From NCBI RefSeq assembly GCF_963921235.1, contig NC_086126.1:17794001-17858000 (forward strand): DNA of 64,000 bases, in the 5' to 3' direction. Below the pieces are notes generated by a model. That model saw only the letters and a list, made by a program, of their open reading frames with translations, made no database searches and was not told the DNA's origin. This DNA is from Mobula hypostoma (taxonomy: Eukaryota). Shown in pieces: positions 48,031-59,167 of the stretch. A program made the translations under genes and the position numbers. Position 1 is the stretch's first letter; each line of letters starts with the position of its first letter.

Positions 48031-51000
48031 GTTCTACACTGGTTTGACTTTCCAATAGCACCGCCTCACACTTATCTGTATTGAAATACATTTGTCACGC
48101 TGTGGCCCTCTTCCCGAAATGATCACGGTCCCCCTGTAATCTGCGACAATCTTCTTGGCTATCACGAACATTTGCTGATCATATGTAAATCAAATATATA
48201 AATAACGAATGCCGAGGCTCCAGACTCTGGCCCCTGCGGCTCACTGCTAATCACCAGCCTCCGTTCTGTGAAACAACCATCAAGCACAACCCTCTGCTTC
48301 CTACCACCAAGACAACTTTGAATCCAGCTGACTCACTCACCCTGGATACAATGGGGCCTAACCTTCCAGACCAGGATGCCATGTGAGACTTTCTCCAAGG
48401 TCCATATAATATCACATCTACCTTTTTACCCTCCTGCATCTTCAAAAACTCAGATTCTCCAACCACAACTCCCTTTGCACAAAGCCCTTATGACTCCTAA
48501 TTCACTATTCAAATGCTGGTACATCATGACTCAGAATCTTCTCCAGTAGCTTCCCCACTACTGATGTCAGGCTGACCTGCATGTAGTTCCTGGCTTGTCC
48601 TTGCAAATAATGGAACAACATTCGCCTCTTTCCATTCTCCAGGACTTTCATCAGTGGTTTCTACCTCCCGTGAAGTAATTGCTCAGGTCCGGAGGATTTA
48701 TCCCCCACCTAATGCATTGTGTGGCCCTCCATTCTCTGCACATCCACGTACCTATCTGAGAGACTCTTGGATGCCTGTATTGTTCATCACGCAAGGTGGT
48801 GCTGGCGATACATGGTGACATCGTGAGGGCAGCTCACAAAACATGTAGATACACTTCTTCTGAACTACTATCACTGCAAACTGCAGCCTGTAATTTCCAT
48901 TTAAAGACACGTACTTATAAACCATTTGAAGAAACGAGCAATTTTATGAGCTCTTTGTTGTCTCTGCAAACTTGACTCTTAGAAATGCAGGTATGGCACC
49001 TTGAAGTTCGAAGTTCAAATTCCAAAGTAAATGTTTTATCAAAATACTGAACATATATGTCACCATGTACAAACCTGACATTTGTTTTCCTGTGGGCACA
49101 GTCAGTCAATCCAAGAAACATAACAGAATCAATGAAAGACTGCACCCAACGAGATGGACAATCAACCAATGTGCAAAAGACAACAAACTGTGCAAATACC
49201 AAAGGAAAAAAATCAGAAATAATAATAATAACTTAATAAGGAATAAACATCGAGAACATGAGATGAAAAGTCAGTGAAAGCAATTCCATAGATAGTGGGA
49301 ACGGTTCAATGTTGGAACGAGTAAAGTTGAGTGAAGTTATCCCAACATATTCACATGCCTTTTGTACACTGGCTGTGATCAGTGAATGTGGTTAGTATCA
49401 GAATCAAAATCAAGTTTATTAATACGAACATATGTCACAAATTTGTTGTTTTGCTACAGCAGTACACTGCAATTTATTAAAAAAACAGTTAAAATAAGAA
49501 CTATACATTAAACTGAACAGTGTAAAAAGAGGATCAGGGAGGGGTGTGAGCACGAAGATGAGAATGGGAAACATGACACCTGATCCATTCTTGCCTCTCT
49601 CTTACTCTTTTCATGTCTGAAAAATAAAACTTTTAGTATCTTCTTTTATATCATTGCTCAGCTTACTTTTGCAATTCATCTGTTCTCTCCATATTGCTAT
49701 TGTAGTTGTCTTCTGTTGTTTTCCTAAGTTTCCTAATGCATTAATTTTTGTGATATTGTATGCCCTCTCATGTTCTTTTATGCTGCCTTTGTCTTCTGTT
49801 GTTAGTGATGTTTGCCTGATCCTCCCTTTCAAATACTGTTTTTGCTGAGGGATGAACTGATCCTGCATCTGCAAAATTACTCCTGGAAACTCAAGTTTTT
49901 CATACAAAGGTAATCTGGTTAATACTGGGGAAGTCAAAATGCCCGACTGCTGTAAGCCTGTTCCCATTACCCCTCTGTGTGATCTGTGTAATTTACCAAC
50001 ACGTCTGGTCCATAATATCTCACCCTATCGGGAGACTGGCAGTATAATCGCATCAAAATCATCATACTACATTTTATTTAAAACCTCTACTTACAAGACC
50101 TCATCAAAACCCTCAATTATTACTGCAGTGTTGGTCTCCTTAATCAAAGATGCAACACCCCCCACATCTGAGTCTCAGAGAAGTGAAATGTCTTTGAAGC
50201 ATGATAACTGTGTCCTTGTTGACAACTTCCATGTTCAATATGTACTCCAGCATCTGTGTGGCAAAACTGTGACCCTCAGGTAGACTTTAAATGTTTCCCC
50301 TTCACCTTAAACAATTATCCTGCAGTTTTACACTCCCCTACCTTCACACATAGACTGGTCACCCGATGATTTTATAAACCTCTGAACGGTCACAGTTTCT
50401 TACCATCCAGGGAGAGAAAGAGAGTCCCAGCCTATCCAAGTTTCTGCTGATAATTAAAGTCCTCCAGTGTCAGTAACATCCTCATTAAACTTCCCTCCAC
50501 ACTTTCCAGCTTAGAACATAGAACATAGAATAGTACAGCACAGTACAGGCCCTTCGGCCCACAATGTTGCGCCGACCCTCAAACCCTGCCTCCCATATAA
50601 GCCCCCACCTTAAATTCCTCCATATACCTGTCTAGTAGTCTCAAACAAGCTTCATGACATCCTTCCTGCAACTAGAACTGTGCACAATACAGTGTGGTTT
50701 CACTTTGACGTTTACAGTGGCCATATGACATCCCAAATCCTGTACTCAATTCCCTGACCAATGAAGACAAATAGGACAAACACCACCTTCACCATCCTGA
50801 CTACCTGTGTTGTCACTTTCAGTGAATGATGTTTCTGTATTTCATGGACCCTCTGTTCTGTAATACTCTCCAAGGGACAAGAATTTACTGTGCAGATCCT
50901 TCCCTGGTTGAACTTCTCATAATGCAACACCTCATCCTTGTCCATGTCAACATCCTTCCGCCATTCTTTGGCCGACTTCCCCAGTTCATCTGAATCCCAT

Positions 51001-51210
51001 TGTACTCTCAGATAATCTTCACTGTCCACTCTACCACCAATGTTGTTGTCATCTGCAAACTCACTAATCAATTTAACAACAATGTCAGAGAAATTGTTGA
51101 CATAGATGACAAATGACAGTACCAGCACCGATCCCTGTGAATGTCACTGGTCAGAGGCCTCCAACCTGAATAACAAGCTGCCACGACCACCCTCTGTCTC
51201 CTTCCACCAA
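48030..51210 (-). mobile_element. Mosaic of old CR1 fragments and other decayed repeats
   Basis: EFADDNNIGG..DSEDY (50712-51128), IKEDTKSF (49611-49967) and CR1 tails. Confidence 0.65.
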
Positions 51211-51833
51211 ATCAATTTTGTGACGCTGATGTTAGGCAGTGTTCATGGACCACTTGGAAATCAGATAGTAGGGAGGAGGAAGCTGTTCCTAAAACAGTAA
51301 GTGTGTGTTCAGGTTGCTGTACCTCTTCTCCAATGGTAATAATAAAAAGAGGGCACATCCTGGATGGTCCAGAGAGCAGAGCAGATACAGACCTGACATG
51401 GGAGGTTTGAAGGGGAAAGTGAATCCATTTAATGGGACTGGTGAAGCAGATTGACTTGGAGAATTGATGAACAGGAGACATGGCCTTTCAGGAGAGCAGC
51501 AGCAGCCAGGTCTGTGATTCTGATGTACAGCAGGGGAGGGTGGAGACAAGGAGATCTGTAATCACTGGATTACTCCTGATGCCAAGTGCTGGTAAGGACA
51601 GGAACAGGAGGACAGGGCAGGTGGATGTGAGGATGAGGAGCTGATACAGGAGAACAGGTTCAGGGTTCCAGCCACTGGGATCTCTGCTGGGGCTGAGGTG
51701 ACCTGTAGAAGTGGGACAGGCTGCACTTGAACCAGCCGGGTCAAATATGGGCAGATTTGTTAATGTGTCGCAGGAGGATTGAAATGATTCATCAGTGGGT
51801 TGGGAACCAAAATAGTGGTGTGGCAGATGATAG

Positions 51834-51909
51834 CCCTTTACTCTGCCATGATAGTGGCTCCTAAAAGAGCCTTTTGTTGTGTTTAGTGCCAAGGCCGGGT
51901 TCAGGCGGG
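51834..51909 (-). pseudogene. Orphan histone H3 3' end (last codon, stop, 3' UTR, stem-loop, HDE)
   Basis: Minus strand GCC TGA ACCCGGCC...ACAACAAAA GGCTCTTTTAGGAGCC ACTA..AGAGTAAAGGGCT aligns with the H3 3' end at 44454-44529; stem-loop at 51856-51871. Confidence 0.8.
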
Positions 51910-52375
51910 CATGACCAACCTCTCAAAGCATTTCATAACCGGAGATGTGAGTGCGACTGGACAATAGTCGTTAAGGCAGCTCACACTGACCTTCTTGGGT
52001 TCCGGAGCAGTTGTTGCCATTTTGAAGCAGGTCAGAGCTTTTGACTGTAGCAGTGAGGGATTGAAAATGTCTTTGACCACTTCCAGCAGTTGGTAGGCAC
52101 AGGTTTCAGAGCCTGACCAGGTTCTCCATCGGGCCCTGCTGCCCGGCGAGGGTTCAGCCTCTTGAAAGACAGCCTGATGTCGGCCTCCAAGACAGAGATC
52201 ACAGGGTCATCAGACGCTGCACGTATCCTCATAGCTGTGGCTTTATTCTTCCTGTGAAAGTGAGCATAAAAGGGGTTGAGCTGGCCTGGTTGTGAAGCCT
52301 CACTGCCATTCATGATGTTGGGTTTGCTTTGTAGGAAGTAATGGCTGCAACCCCTGCCAGAGTTGACGTGCATTA
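51910..52375 (-). mobile_element. Rex1/Babar-like LINE fragment
   Basis: LNPFYAHF...SFKRLNPRRAAGPDG and downstream CLNDYCPVALTS..MKCFERLV. Confidence 0.8.
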
Positions 52376-52409
52376 GATTGTACAATGTAACCAGATACAT
52401 CATCCCTGA

Positions 52410-52803
52410 GATACCGATGTACAGCATCTATATAACAAAACAATAGTCAATGTTTCGGTCCAAAACCCTTCAGCAAGACTGGAGATGAAAAGACGAGGAG
52501 TAGATTTAAAAGGTGGGGGTAGGGGTGAGAGAAAACAAGGTACTGGGTGAATCCTGAAAGGGGAGGAATGAAGTAAAGAGCTGGAAAGTTGATTGGTGAA
52601 AGAGAGAGAAGGCCATGGAAGAAAGAGGGAAGGAGCACAAGAGGGAGGTGATGGGTGGGCAAGATGAGAGAAGAAAAGGGGATGGGAATTGGTGAGGGGG
52701 GGGAGCATTACCAGAAGTTTGAAAATTTAATGTTCATGCTATCAGTTTGGAAGATACCCAGACAGAAAATGTTGTTCTTCCAAGCTAAGTGTAGCCTCAT
52801 CGC
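52410..52803 (-). mobile_element. Penelope-like 3' fragment, decayed
   Basis: Endonuclease end (..DSMNIKFSNF), pyrimidine-rich 3' region and a degenerate hammerhead at 52445-52480. Confidence 0.75.
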
Positions 52804-52929
52804 ATTGTATGATTTTATTTAAAAAGCAAACTTCATTTAATCAAAGAGTTCAATTGCAAGAATGAATCAGAAAGAACTTTATACATTTACACCGCATGAG
52901 AGATTGGAAGATACATTGTGAAGTCCAAC

Positions 52930-53697
52930 TCCCACACTGTATCAGAGACTGACGGGTACAGAATGATCCCCTCGCTCTCACACTGTACCAGTGACTGACA
53001 AGTACAGAGTGAACTTCACACTCTCACACTGTACCAGAGACGACGGGTACAGAATGAGCCCCACACTCTCACACTGTACCAGTGACTGACAAGTACAGAA
53101 TGAACCCCACACTCTCACACTGTACCAGTGACTGACGGGTACAGAATGAACCCCACACTCTCACACTGTACCAGAGACTGACAGGTACAGAATGATCCCC
53201 ACACTCTCACACTGTACCAGAGACTGACAGGTACAGAATGATCCCCACGCTCTCACACTGTACCAGAGACTGACAGGTACAGAATGAACCCCACGCTCTC
53301 ACACTGTACCAGAGACTGACAGGTACAGAATGATCCCCACGCTCTCACACTGTACCAGAGACTGACAGGTACAGAATGATCCCCACGCTCTCACACTGTA
53401 CCAGAGACTGACAGGTACAGAATGAACCCCACGCTCTCACACTGTACCAGAGACTGACAGGTACAGAATGATCCCCACACTCTCACACTGTACCAGAGAC
53501 TGACAGGTACAGAATGATCCCCACACTCTCACACTGTACCAGAGACTGACGGGTACAGAATGATCCCCACACTCTCACACTGTACCAGAGACAGACAGGT
53601 ACAGAATGAACCCCACACTCTCACACTGTACCAGAGACAGACAGGTACAGAATGAACCCCGCACTCTCACACTGTACCAGAGACTGACGGGTACAGA
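52930..53697 (+). repeat. 46-bp minisatellite, ~16-17 copies
   Basis: Unit CACTCTCACACTGTACCAGAGACTGACAGGTACAGAATGA(A/T)CCCCA, head-to-tail with no spacers. Confidence 0.97.
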
Positions 53698-54199
53698 CAT
53701 TCTGTTGTTTAACAAACCTGGACAACCCTCATCACCATCTCAGTACAGCATCACTTTGACCACTTTACACTGCAATGGACTCTTGTTCAAATTCTGTTAC
53801 CCCTTTGTAATTCCGTAGAGTATGTTTTTATTTTGTGACTGGTGCGTCTCTGAAACTGTGTGTCTATGAATCTGCTGCAAGCAAGTTGCAAATGACAATA
53901 AACGACTTTCAACCTCACACAGAAATGGGTCTCATGATGACAATTGGACCTTCGATGTCCTGCTGCCCTGTTTCATTACATAAATGTTTTACATTATCGT
54001 GTGTGTGTTTTACTCATTCCTTCTGCTTTTCTAGCAGACACAATGAGCCAAATGCCGAATACTGCTCCTGTGCCTTATGCTCCATTTTGTATGTTAGATT
54101 TCCTTCCTGCGGAATTAACCGGCAGCGGCAACTCACCGGATCAGCGCCAGTTCCCAGTCCGCAGTTTCACCCAAATAATCACGGGGCTGTCGAGAGAGA

Positions 54200-54340
54200 G
54201 TTCTGATTGGTTAGCGTGTGCCTTCAGATAACCAATCAAGTGACTTTACTGTATGAATAGAATCTTCAAATAGCCATTGGGAATCCAAGGCCTCCCATCC
54301 CTCATTAGCATACTGTTCCGGGCGCTGCCTATTTAATTCC
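54200..54340 (+). promoter_or_regulatory. H2B promoter: CCAAT boxes, octamer-like H2B box, TATA-like element
   Basis: ATTGG at 54206, CCAAT at 54232, CTCATTAGCATA at 54301-54312, TATTTAA near 54330. Confidence 0.75.
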
Positions 54341-54388
54341 TGCTCCGAGTCAGTTCAGCTTATTCAGGGTCTGAAACCGACGTGAGAA

Positions 54389-54763
54389 ATGCCTGAGCCA
54401 GCGAAATCCGCTCCGAAGAAGGGCGCCAAGAAAGCTCTGCCCAAACCAGCGGGCAAGGCAGGGAAGAAGCGCAAGAGGCTGAGGAAGGAGAGTTATTCCA
54501 TCTACATCTACAAAGTGATGAAGCAGGTTCACCCTGACACCGGCATCTCCTCCAAGGCCATGAGCATCATGAACTCGTTCGTCAACGATATCTTCGTGCG
54601 AATCGGGGGCGAGGCTTCCCGCCTGGCCCATTACAACAAGCGGTCAACCATCACCTCACGGGAGATCCAGACCGCCGTGCGCCTGCTGCTGCCCGGGGAG
54701 CTGGCCAAGCACGCCGTGTCCGAAGGGACAAAGGCGGTGACCAAGTACACCAGCTCCAAATGA
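54389..54763 (+). CDS. H2B: Histone H2B (with E71V and A74G, human numbering)
   Basis: 124-aa H2B fold, promoter and stem-loop. Confidence 0.97.
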   Translation: MPEPAKSAPKKGAKKALPKPAGKAGKKRKRLRKESYSIYIYKVMKQVHPDTGISSKAMSIMNSFVNDIFVRIGGEASRLAHYNKRSTITSREIQTAVRLLLPGELAKHAVSEGTKAVTKYTSSK

Positions 54764-54794
54764 AGCACCCCAGTGAGATGATCGAAAACACAAC

Positions 54795-54810
54795 GGCTCT
54801 TTTAAGAGCC
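54795..54810 (+). terminator. Histone 3' stem-loop (H2B)
   Basis: GGCTCTTTTAAGAGCC ACTCA. Confidence 0.95.
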
Positions 54811-55102
54811 ACTCACAATTTCACTGAGAGGGTTGTACTAAAATTTAGACACTAAATTGCACACATTTTACGTCTGGTGTCTTTTACAAGAGCTAAAGTA
54901 GGGTTGGAGGATCCGGTTCATCTCCGTATAATCCCGGTGCTTTACATTCCTCCCACTGCACTGACACGGACTTGTTACCTTCACATCCTCATCAGTCCGC
55001 CCCTGCCGGTATCCATGTCGAGCGGAGGATTGCTGCCGTTGCTGTTTTAGCTGCGGGTTCAGGAGTTTATTAGTTACAGTTGGGTAACTTCTCTGAATAT
55101 TA

Positions 55103-58100
55103 CATAGAAACATAGAAAATAGGTGCAGGAGTAGGCCATTCGGCCCTTCGAGCCTGCACCGCCATTTATTATGATCATGGCTGATCATCCAACTCAGAAC
55201 CCAGCCTTCCCTCCATACCCCCTGACCCCTGTAGCCACAAGGGCCATATCTAACTTCCTTTTAAACATAGCTAATGAACTGGCCTCAACAGTTTGCTGTG
55301 GCAGAGAATTCCACAGATTCACCACTCTCTGTGTGAAGAAGTTTTTCCTAACCTCGGTCCTAAAAGGCTTCCCCTCTATCCTCAAACTGTGACCCCTCGT
55401 TCTAGACCTCCCCAACATCGGGAACAATCTTCCTGCATCTAGCCTGTCCAATCCCTTTAGGATCTTATACGTTTCAATCAGATCCCCCCTCAATCTTCTA
55501 AATTCCAACGAGTACAAGCCCAGTTCATCCAGTCTTTCTTCATATGAAAGACCTGCCATCCCAGGAATCAATCTGGTGAACCTTCTTTGTACTCCCTCTA
55601 TGGCAAAGATGTCTTTCCTCAGATTAGGGGACCAAAACTGCACACAATACTCCAGGTGTGGTCTCACCAAGGCCTTGTACAACTGCAGTAGTACCTCCCT
55701 GCTCCTGTACTCGAATCCTCTCGCTATAAATGCCAGCATACAGTTCGCCTTTTTCACCGCCTGCTGTACCTGCATGCCCACTTTCAATGACTGGTGTATA
55801 ATGACACCCAGGTCTCGTTGCACCTCCCCTTTTCCTAATCGGCCACCATTCAGATAATAATCTGTTTTCCTATTTTTGCCACCAAAGTGGATAACTTCAC
55901 ATTTATCCACATTAAATTGCATCTGCCATGAGTTTGCCCACTCACCCAACCTATCCAAGTCACCCTGCATCCTCTTAGCATCCTCCTCACTGCTAACACT
56001 GCCACCCAGCTTCGTGTCATCCGCAAACTTGGAGATGCTGCATTTAATTCCCTCATCCAAGTCATTAATATATATTGTAAACAACTGGGGTCCCAGCACT
56101 GAGCCTTGCGGTACCCCACTAGTCACCGCCTGCCATTCTGAAAAGGTCCCGTTTATTCCCACTCTTTGCTTCCTGTCTGCTAACCAATTCTCCACCCACA
56201 CCAATACCTTACCCCCAATACCGTGTGCTTTAAGTTTGCACACTAATCTCCTATGTGGGACCTTGTCAAAAGCCTTTTGAAAATCCAAATATACCACATC
56301 CACTGGTTCTCCCCTATCCACTCTACTAGTTACATCCTCAAAAAATTCTATGAGATTCGTCAGACATGATTTTCCTTTCACAAATCCATGCTGACTTTGT
56401 CCGATCATTTCACCGCTTTCCAAATGTGCTGTTATCACATCCTTGATAACTGTCTCCAGCAGTTTCCCCACCACCGACGTTAGGCTAACCGGCCTATAAT
56501 TCCCCGGTTTCTCTCTCCCTCCTTTTTTAAAAAGTGGGGTTACATTAGCCACCCTCCAATCCTCAGGAACTAGTCCAGAATCTAACGAGTTTTGAAAAAT
56601 TATCACTAATGCATCCACTATTTCTTGGGCCACTTCCTTAAGCACTCTGGGATGCAGACCATCTGGCCCTGGGGATTTATCTGCCTTCAATCCCTTCAAT
56701 TTACCTAACACCACTTCCCTACTAACATGTATTTCGCTCAGTTCCTCCATCTCACTGGACCCTCTGTCCCTTACTATTTCTGGAAGATTATTTATGTCCT
56801 CCTTAGTGAAGACAGAACCAAAGTAATTATTCAATTGGTCTGCCATGTCCTTGCTCCCCATAATCAATTCACCTGTTTCTGTTTGCAGGGGACCTACATT
56901 TGTCTTTATCAGTCTTTTCCTTTTTACATATCTATAAAAGCTTTTACAGTCCGTTTTTATGTTCTCTGCCAGTTTTCTCTCATAATCTTTTTTCCCCTTC
57001 CTAATTAAGCCCTTTGTCCTCCTCTGCTGAACTCTGAATTTCTCCCAGTCCTCAGGTGAGCCACTTTCTCTGGCTAATTTGTATGCTACTTCTTTGGAAT
57101 TGATACTATCCCTAATTTCTCTTGTCAGCCACGGGTGCACTACCTTCCTTGATTTATTCTTTTGCCAAACTGGGATGAACAATTGTTGTAGTTCATCCAT
57201 GCAACCTTTAAATGCCTGCCATTGCATATCCACCGTCAATCCTTGAAGTGTCATTTGCCAGTCTATCTTAGCTAATTCATGTCTCATACCTTCAAAGTTA
57301 CCCCTCTTTAAGTTCAGAACCTTTGTTTCTGAATTAACTACGTCACTCTCCATGTTAATGAAGAATTCCACCATATTATGGTCACTCTTACCCAAGAGGC
57401 CTCTCACGACAAGATCGCTAATTAACCCTTCCTCATTGCTCAAAACCCAGTCCAGAATAGCCTGCTCTCTAGTCGGTTCCTCGACATGTTGGTTCAAAAA
57501 ACCATCCCGCATACATTCCAAGAAATCCTCTTCCTCAGCACCTTTACCAATTTGGTTCACCCAGTCTACATGTAGATTGAAGTCACCCATTATAACTGCT
57601 GTTCCTTTATTGCACACATTTCTAATTTCCTGTTTAATACCATCTCCGACCTCACTACTACTGTTAGGTGGCCTGTACACAACTCCCACCAGCGTCTTCT
57701 GTCCCTTAGTGTTACGCAGCTCTACCCATATCGATTCCACATCTTCCCGGCTTATGTCCTTCCTTTCTATTGCGTTAATCTCTTTTTTAACCAGCAACGC
57801 CACCCCACCTCCCCTTCCTTCGTGTCTATCCCTCCTGAATATTGAATATCCCTGAACGTTGAGCTCCCATCCCTGGTCACCCTGGAGCCATGTCTCTGTG
57901 ATCCCAACTATATCATAATCATTAATAACAATCTGCACTTTCAATTCATCCACCTTATTACGAATGCTCCTTGCATTGACACATAAAGCCTTCAGGCACT
58001 CTTTTACAACTCTCTTAGCCCTTTTTAATGCTTGCCCTGGATTTGTCGGCCTGCCACTTTTACTTTTCCCCTTTGTACTTTTTGCTTCTACGCTCACTTT

Positions 58101-58142
58101 ACACCCCTCTGTCTCTCTGCACTGGTTCCCATCCCTCTGTTG
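55103..58142 (-). mobile_element. Young CR1 LINE, 5'-truncated at the ORF1/ORF2 junction
   Basis: (TTCTATGT)n 3' tail at 55103; candidate 5-bp TSD TATTA (55098-55102 and 58143-58147); uninterrupted ORF2. Confidence 0.95.
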
Positions 58143-58247
58143 TATTATTTCAATGCGAGGCCTGAACGAGTTCATGATTGTTTCATAGAACATTTTTAAA
58201 TTGCAGATTAGCCGCTGGTCACAGTTTGAGAAGAGCCGTTTGTCCAT
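55194..58247 (-). CDS. Intact CR1 ORF2 (APE endonuclease + reverse transcriptase), 1017 aa from the first in-frame ATG
   Basis: NARSIRNK, GITETW, MGDFN and SDHN (APE); QHGFVKGKSCLTNL, YLDFQKAFD, GVPQGSVLGP and FADDTK (RT); no stops. The ORF-track start at 58268 is TTG; the first ATG is at 58247, in flanking DNA. Confidence 0.88.
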   Translation of the reverse strand: MDKRLFSNCDQRLICNLKMFYETIMNSFRPRIEIIQQRDGNQCRETEGCKVSVEAKSTKGKSKSGRPTNPGQALKRAKRVVKECLKALCVNARSIRNKVDELKVQIVINDYDIVGITETWLQGDQGWELNVQGYSIFRRDRHEGRGGGVALLVKKEINAIERKDISREDVESIWVELRNTKGQKTLVGVVYRPPNSSSEVGDGIKQEIRNVCNKGTAVIMGDFNLHVDWVNQIGKGAEEEDFLECMRDGFLNQHVEEPTREQAILDWVLSNEEGLISDLVVRGLLGKSDHNMVEFFINMESDVVNSETKVLNLKRGNFEGMRHELAKIDWQMTLQGLTVDMQWQAFKGCMDELQQLFIPVWQKNKSRKVVHPWLTREIRDSINSKEVAYKLARESGSPEDWEKFRVQQRRTKGLIRKGKKDYERKLAENIKTDCKSFYRYVKRKRLIKTNVGPLQTETGELIMGSKDMADQLNNYFGSVFTKEDINNLPEIVRDRGSSEMEELSEIHVSREVVLGKLKGLKADKSPGPDGLHPRVLKEVAQEIVDALVIIFQNSLDSGLVPEDWRVANVTPLFKKGGREKPGNYRPVSLTSVVGKLLETVIKDVITAHLESGEMIGQSQHGFVKGKSCLTNLIEFFEDVTSRVDRGEPVDVVYLDFQKAFDKVPHRRLVCKLKAHGIGGKVLVWVENWLADRKQRVGINGTFSEWQAVTSGVPQGSVLGPQLFTIYINDLDEGIKCSISKFADDTKLGGSVSSEEDAKRMQGDLDRLGEWANSWQMQFNVDKCEVIHFGGKNRKTDYYLNGGRLGKGEVQRDLGVIIHQSLKVGMQVQQAVKKANCMLAFIARGFEYRSREVLLQLYKALVRPHLEYCVQFWSPNLRKDIFAIEGVQRRFTRLIPGMAGLSYEERLDELGLYSLEFRRLRGDLIETYKILKGLDRLDAGRLFPMLGRSRTRGHSLRIEGKPFRTEVRKNFFTQRVVNLWNSLPQQTVEASSLAMFKRKLDMALVATGVRGYGGKAGF

Positions 58248-58559
58248 AACCTGATAACGTTTACACAATGACCGGCACCGGGCAGAAGCTGAGATTCAGT
58301 TTTACTCGGTTCCGTTACGGGTTGAAAGAAATTAGAGAATTGAGTTCCCAGACATTTCAATATCAACTACACTTGCATTAAATGTGCCCGGTTTCAGTAA
58401 CGGGGAAGTACGAACACTCAATCGTCAAACAGATCAGCAATTATTTAATTTCTGATTAAATTTGAACAAGAGATTTATTTTTTTGGCGGGCTTTTTCGAA
58501 ATTTCAGTGTACTTTGGGGAGGAGACGGTTACTTTCCGCGCTTCTGTCTTTACGGACTG

Positions 58560-58675
58560 CTGATTGGTGATTAAGGCAGTTCTTCGATTGGGACTTTTCT
58601 CTTCACCAATGAGCATAAGTAAATTTACACCAATCACAAATATCAGTTTGCATTCTCAAAGAAGGTATAAAAAGG
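58560..58675 (+). promoter_or_regulatory. H2A promoter: four CCAAT boxes (two per strand) and TATA
   Basis: ATTGG at 58563 and 58587; CCAAT at 58606 and 58630; TATAAAA at 58666. Confidence 0.8.
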
Positions 58676-58737
58676 GCGAGTTCGGGCGGGGTGAACATTC
58701 TTTCATTCTCGGTGGAATAGTTACTGTGACTGTGAAA

Positions 58738-59121
58738 ATGTCTGGACGTGGAAAAGGCACCGCTGGCAAAGCTCGGTCCAAGGCCAAATCTCGGTCGTCT
58801 CGGGCTGGACTGCAGTTCCCGGTCGGCCGGGTTCACAGACTCCTAAGAAAGGGCAACTATGCTGAGCGGGTGGGTGCCGGAGCCCCGGTCTATCTGGCTG
58901 CTGTGCTCGAGTATCTGACAGCCGAAATCCTCGAATTGGCCGGCAACGCGGCCCGGGACAATAAGAAAACCCGCATCAACCCCCGACACCTGCAGCTGGC
59001 CGTCCGCAACGACGAGGAGCTCAACAAGCTGCTGGGAGGGGTGACTATCGCTCAGGGCGGTGTGTTACCCAATATCCAGGCTGTGCTGTTGCCCAAGAAA
59101 ACCGGCGGTGCCAGTAAGTGA
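58738..59121 (+). CDS. H2A: Histone H2A (replication-dependent, 127 aa, no SQ motif)
   Basis: MSGRGK...[14 protein letters not shown]...LLPKKT; ATG at 58738 downstream of TATA; stem-loop. Confidence 0.97.
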   Translation: MSGRGKGTAGKARSKAKSRSSRAGLQFPVGRVHRLLRKGNYAERVGAGAPVYLAAVLEYLTAEILELAGNAARDNKKTRINPRHLQLAVRNDEELNKLLGGVTIAQGGVLPNIQAVLLPKKTGGASK

Positions 59122-59151
59122 AGCGACGTAAGCTGAACCCATTTACCCAAA

Positions 59152-59167
59152 GGCTCTTTTCAGAGCC
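59152..59167 (+). terminator. Histone 3' stem-loop (H2A)
   Basis: GGCTCTTTTCAGAGCC ACTCA. Confidence 0.95.

Noticed and set aside
52930-53697. CRISPR-like array
   Set aside because: Head-to-tail 46-bp units with no unique spacers, in a vertebrate genome with no cas genes; it is a minisatellite.
58222-58240. Minus-strand AACGGCTCTTCTCAAACT resembling the H1 stem-loop
   Set aside because: The 3' arm does not pair and there is no adjacent histone coding relic or HDE; at best an unrecognisably decayed remnant.
58564-58737. 58-aa N-terminal extension of H2A in the ORF track
   Set aside because: Starts at a non-ATG codon upstream of the TATA box (58666); the canonical MSGRGK start is at 58738.
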